This document shows positions 60,932 to 64,000 of a DNA stretch of 64,000 nt, piece after piece (the stretch's first letter is position 1; every line of letters begins with the position of its first letter). The position numbers and the translations under genes were made by a program. The notes under the pieces were generated by a model. That model did not search any database. It saw nothing but the letters and a program-made list of their open reading frames with translations, and was not told the DNA's origin. The stretch spans positions 69,828 to 133,827 of the forward strand of contig CAWBTW010000010.1 of the NCBI GenBank assembly GCA_963791785.1. Direction: 5' to 3'. Source of the DNA: an uncultured Chloroflexia bacterium. GTDB lineage: Bacteria > Chloroflexota > Anaerolineae > Anaerolineales > Villigracilaceae.

Positions 60932-60947
60932 TGTGACTTATGTCACC
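60932..60947 (+). promoter_or_regulatory. CRP/FNR-like site TGTGA-N6-TCACc upstream of proline dehydrogenase
   Basis: TGTGACTTATGTCACC matches 9 of 10 positions of the TGTGA-N6-TCACA consensus. TAGAAT at 60983-60988 is a possible -10 element. Confidence 0.35.
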
Positions 60948-61021
60948 AAAAAGTATAACATAAGCAAACCTGCTAATTATGCTAGAATAGAATCAGCTTA
61001 TCCCAATCTTTCCGTTGAAGG

Positions 61022-62000
61022 ATGGTTTCCCAAATGCTTCGTTCATTCCTGATCTACCTGTCACAAGCTGGCTGGGCTCAGCGCATGGTCACTGGCTGGA
61101 AACTGGCCTGGAAGACCGCTTCTCGATTTGTAGCCGGGGAGAGTGTCCAGGATGCAATTCGCGTTATCCAGGAGCTCAACCAAAAGGGGATTATCGCCAC
61201 TTTAGACCAACTGGGGGAACATACCACCACCGCAGAGGAGGCCACACAATCGGCAGAGGGCATTCTCAAAGTTTTGGATGAGATCGATAAAACCGGGGTG
61301 CAAGCGAACGTTTCGATCAAGCTGACCCAGATCGGTATGGGGTTGGATGACACGCTCTGCCGCGATAATTTGATTCGCATCCTCCATCGTGCAAAAGAAT
61401 ACAAGAATTTTGTGCGCATCGACATGGAAGACTCCCCTTATACGGATACTACCATCGAAATGCTGAACAGCGCCCTCGATGAAGGCTTCAATATCCGGAC
61501 CGTAGGCCTGGTCGTGCAATCCTGTCTTTATCGCACCGAGGAAGATACCCGCAAGCTGCTCGAGCGGGGTGTGCGCTTCCGTCTGGTGAAAGGTGCCTAC
61601 AAGGAGCCTCCTGAGAAAGCCTACCCCAAAAAGGCGGATGTGGATGCCAACCTCGATCTGTTGAGCAAAATCTTGATCGATGCCGCGCTTGAAGCTGAAG
61701 TCTCCAACAATCAGTGAAGACGGGCGCATTCCGCCAATTCCCGCAATTGCCACTCATGACGAGAAGCGCATTGATTTTGCCAAGCAATATGCCGAAAAGG
61801 TCGGCTATCCAAAGGAAGCCCTGGAGTTCCAAATGCTGTATGGCATTCGCCGTGACTTGCAGGAGCAACTGGCAGCGGAAGGCTACCCCGTGCGCGTATA
61901 CGTTCCATTTGGCACCCATTGGTATCCTTACTTTATGCGCAGGTTGGCAGAACGCCCGGCCAACATCTGGTTTTTTATCTCGAATTTCTTTAGAAAGTAA
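61022..62000 (+). pseudogene. proline dehydrogenase (monofunctional PutA-type) with one frame disruption near 61690
   Basis: ..RIDMEDS.., ..LVKGAYKEP.., ..FQMLYGIRRDLQ... Fragments 61022-61717 and 61680-62000. The phase step equals +1 nt. Confidence 0.8.
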
Positions 62001-62051
62001 AAAATATTCCCTATAGAGGGATGTAGTAAATTTGAATGTTAAAGTGCAACG

Positions 62052-62115
62052 CACTTGACCAGAAGTTTCAGCAACACATTCTCTATATTGAAGTGCGTTG
62101 CACTTGTAAGATTAG
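62052..62115. repeat. twin-15-mer palindromic element, short copy
   Basis: AAGTGCAACGCACTT (62052-62066), a 34-nt spacer, then AAGTGCGTTGCACTT (62101-62115). Each 15-mer is itself AAGTGC-N3-GCACTT. Confidence 0.8.
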
Positions 62116-62172
62116 AATACCAGAAAAGTAACCGGTATGGGGATGAGGGGAAATTTGTGGTAAAACAGACCC

Positions 62173-62918
62173 ATGGCTGATTTTCCACTCGCTGTCGTGA
62201 CCGGCGGTGCGCATCGCTTGGGGCGTGCTTTTGCACTGACGTTGGCATATCAGGGACTTGCTGTGTTGGTGCATTATCACCGTTCTGCTGAGCAAGCCGC
62301 CAAGACAGTAGCGGAGATCAAAACCTTTGGCGTCCCGGCTTTTTCCATGCAAGCAGACTTGACCCGGACCGAGCATGTGGAGTCGCTGTTCCAGCTAGTT
62401 GATTCGCTGCTTGAAGCCCCTGAACTCGAAACTTTCTCATTTTTCCGCTTTGGTGAACTCAGCTGCAGTGATGCCGCGCGGGGATGCGGGTACGCTTCCA
62501 GTTGAGAAATGGGATATGGCACTCGATCTGAATTTGAGGGCTCCGTTCCTTTGCGCCCAGCAGGCGTCCCTGAGAATGAAGCGTGGAGGGTTGATTGTGA
62601 ACGTATCTGATGTGGCGGCGGGAAAGGCCTGGAGCAGATTCCCATCCTATACTGTCAGTAAGGCTGCTCTCGAAATCCCTGACAAAGGTGCTGGCTCGTT
62701 CGTTTGCTCCATCGGTGAGAGTCAATGCCATCGCGCCGGGATTGGTGCTGCCCTCGGAAAATGTGACGGATGAGGAATGGGATAAGCTTGTCCAGCGCCT
62801 GCCGCTCAAGCGCCCGGCCAAGACCGAAGAAGTGACTTCCGCGCTCGAATTTTTGCTCAAGAACGAGTATATTACCGGACAGACCATCGTAGTGGATGGC
62901 GGTTATTCATTGTTGTAA
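62173..62918 (+). pseudogene. SDR-family oxidoreductase (pteridine-reductase-like) with two frame disruptions
   Basis: VVTGGAHRLGRAF.., ..NSAAV.., ..YTVSKAAL... Fragments 62173-62505, 62399-62773 and 62610-62918. Both phase steps equal +1 nt. Confidence 0.75.
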
Positions 62919-62927
62919 GGAGAACCC

Positions 62928-63404
62928 ATGCCCGAGATAACACCTGCCTGGCTTGCTGAACGCTTGAAGAAAGAAGGGGAGAAAGTGGTCGCTTATTTTG
63001 CTGCGCTGACCGATGAGCAATGGAGCACCGAAGTGTACACTGAGGGAAACACCTGGACAGTCCGCAATGTGCTGGCACACTTTGTCACATCCGAACGCGG
63101 ATTGCATAAGTTGTTCAAAAGGGTTCTGGAAGATGGTGTGGGGGTTTCGGATGACTTCTCCATTGACTATTACAATGCCCGCCAGCAAGAGAAGACAAAG
63201 GATTTATCATCAGATGAATTGCTGGAGCAATTCGCCGATGTGCGTGCGGATTTGGTCAAATGGGTTTCAAAGCGCTCACAGGAAGATTTGGCAGTAGAAG
63301 GGCGTCATCCATATATGGGGCAGGTGAACCTGGGCGAAATGCTCAAGATGATCTACCTGCATAACCAGATACATTTCAGGGATTTTCGCAAGCTGATTGA
63401 GTAA
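62928..63404 (+). CDS. DinB-family protein
   Basis: Intact 158-aa ORF with a four-helix DinB-like pattern (..VRNVLAHFV.., ..IYLHNQIHFRD..). Confidence 0.6.
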   Translation: MPEITPAWLAERLKKEGEKVVAYFAALTDEQWSTEVYTEGNTWTVRNVLAHFVTSERGLHKLFKRVLEDGVGVSDDFSIDYYNARQQEKTKDLSSDELLEQFADVRADLVKWVSKRSQEDLAVEGRHPYMGQVNLGEMLKMIYLHNQIHFRDFRKLIE

Positions 63405-63415
63405 TTTTTGTTGCA

Positions 63416-64000
63416 ATGACTGACAGACAGCCTTCCAGAAAAAAAGATTCTGCTCACTTGTACTGGATCGACCTGATCCGCGTGGTGGCGGTATTTCAGG
63501 TGGTTTTGGTGCACCTGTCGTATGTTATCTTTTTCAAGGAAGACCTTTTATCTCCTAATTGGGTTGCAGCCAATTTCTATAATTCATTCTCCCGTATGGG
63601 TGTGCCGCTATTCTTTATGGTGAGTGGCTATCTCTTGCTCGGCAAAAGTGAACCGATTTCCGATTTCTTTCGCAAGCGCTTTGTGAAGGTTGGCATCCCA
63701 ACTTTATTCTGGTCGGTTTTCTATTTGTTTTGGTCTGTGGAAGCCTATTCCAACGGAACGATGGGCCCGTTGGCGGTTATGCTTTCGATGCTGAAGACCA
63801 TGTATCTGGGTGATGTTGAAATTCATCTGTGGTTTCTATATGTTCTGATCGGGATCTATCTGGTGGTGCCTATCCTGCGCATATTTATCTCAGCCGCATC
63901 CCGCCGGGATCTGACGTATTTTATTGTCATCTGGTTTGTGGCGACCCCGCTTCTCGAAGCGACCAATCGCCTGACCGGTTTTCGGGCAGCTTTAGTCATC
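63416..64000 (+). CDS. acyltransferase-3 family membrane protein (partial, runs off the window end)
   Basis: ATG 63416. MTDRQPSRKKDSAHLYWIDLIRVVAVFQVVLVH.. is followed by multiple TM helices. The frame is open to 64000, so it is absent from the ORF track. Confidence 0.7.
   Translation, partial: MTDRQPSRKKDSAHLYWIDLIRVVAVFQVVLVHLSYVIFFKEDLLSPNWVAANFYNSFSRMGVPLFFMVSGYLLLGKSEPISDFFRKRFVKVGIPTLFWSVFYLFWSVEAYSNGTMGPLAVMLSMLKTMYLGDVEIHLWFLYVLIGIYLVVPILRIFISAASRRDLTYFIVIWFVATPLLEATNRLTGFRAALVI

Noticed and set aside
62065-62099. A sigma70 promoter inside the twin-15-mer element (TTGACC ... TATATT).
   Set aside because: The spacer is 23 nt, well outside the 16-18-nt window. In the long copy at 11.1 kb the two hexamers are separated by the nested insert.
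428-62918. Programmed ribosomal frameshifting or recoding as an explanation for the split genes.
   Set aside because: Far too many unrelated housekeeping genes are affected. No shared slippery heptamer or downstream structure occurs at the junctions I reconstructed. Several genes need 4-10 shifts.

Overview
This is a 64-kb chromosomal window from a moderately GC-rich bacterium. Sampled coding lines run about 60-65% GC, with several islets at about 35-45% GC. I see roughly 60 protein genes and no rRNA, tRNA, CRISPR array or transposase.

Readable blocks:
- 11.3-19.5 kb: a TetR-controlled beta-oxidation operon (MBL hydrolase, two acyl-CoA dehydrogenases, a FadN-type HCDH/ECH fusion, thiolase, SCP2).
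- 22-25 kb: a 7TM-PAS-GAF-HD-GYP sensor.
- 25-29.5 kb: a xanthine-dehydrogenase-family operon, interrupted in an intergenic gap by an AT-rich SRA-like/HNH nuclease gene.
- 29.8-32.8 kb: an ArsR-SQR-DUF1641-TusE/DsrC-DsrE sulfur cluster.
- 35.7-37.4 kb: menG and menA.
- 38.5-41.2 kb: an NMT1/SsuABC-type ABC importer.
- 45.3-49.1 kb: an SsnA-like amidohydrolase next to a DPD-like GltD/PreA fusion.
- 49.4-54.9 kb: a coenzyme F420 block (cofC, cofD, stand-alone FbiB-C-like nitroreductase, FDOR/PPOX proteins, cofE, npdG).
- 55-59.9 kb: a TM-NACHT-HEAT STAND NTPase in an operon with a zinc-ribbon coiled-coil protein.
- 59.9-64 kb: ctaA, proline dehydrogenase, an SDR, a DinB-family protein and an acyltransferase.

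Main points from the hunt:
1. A nested-palindrome repeat family (CCCTCACCCC..CCCCTCTCCC..GGGAGAGGGG..GGGGTGAGGG) has three copies. One lies in-frame inside cofD.
2. A second repeat family is built from twin 15-mer palindromes. One of its two copies carries a nested insertion.
3. About 45 reading-frame disruptions break roughly half of the genes. By hand count they split about 39 to 6 in favour of the +1-nt direction, so assembly or consensus error must be excluded before any gene is called a pseudogene.
4. Three candidate accessory modules stand out: the SRA-like/HNH nuclease, a four-helix-bundle gene wedged into the cof operon, and a membrane-anchored QRGW-repeat protein next to a BTAD-STAND regulator.

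All functional calls come from motif recognition by eye. No database search was run.
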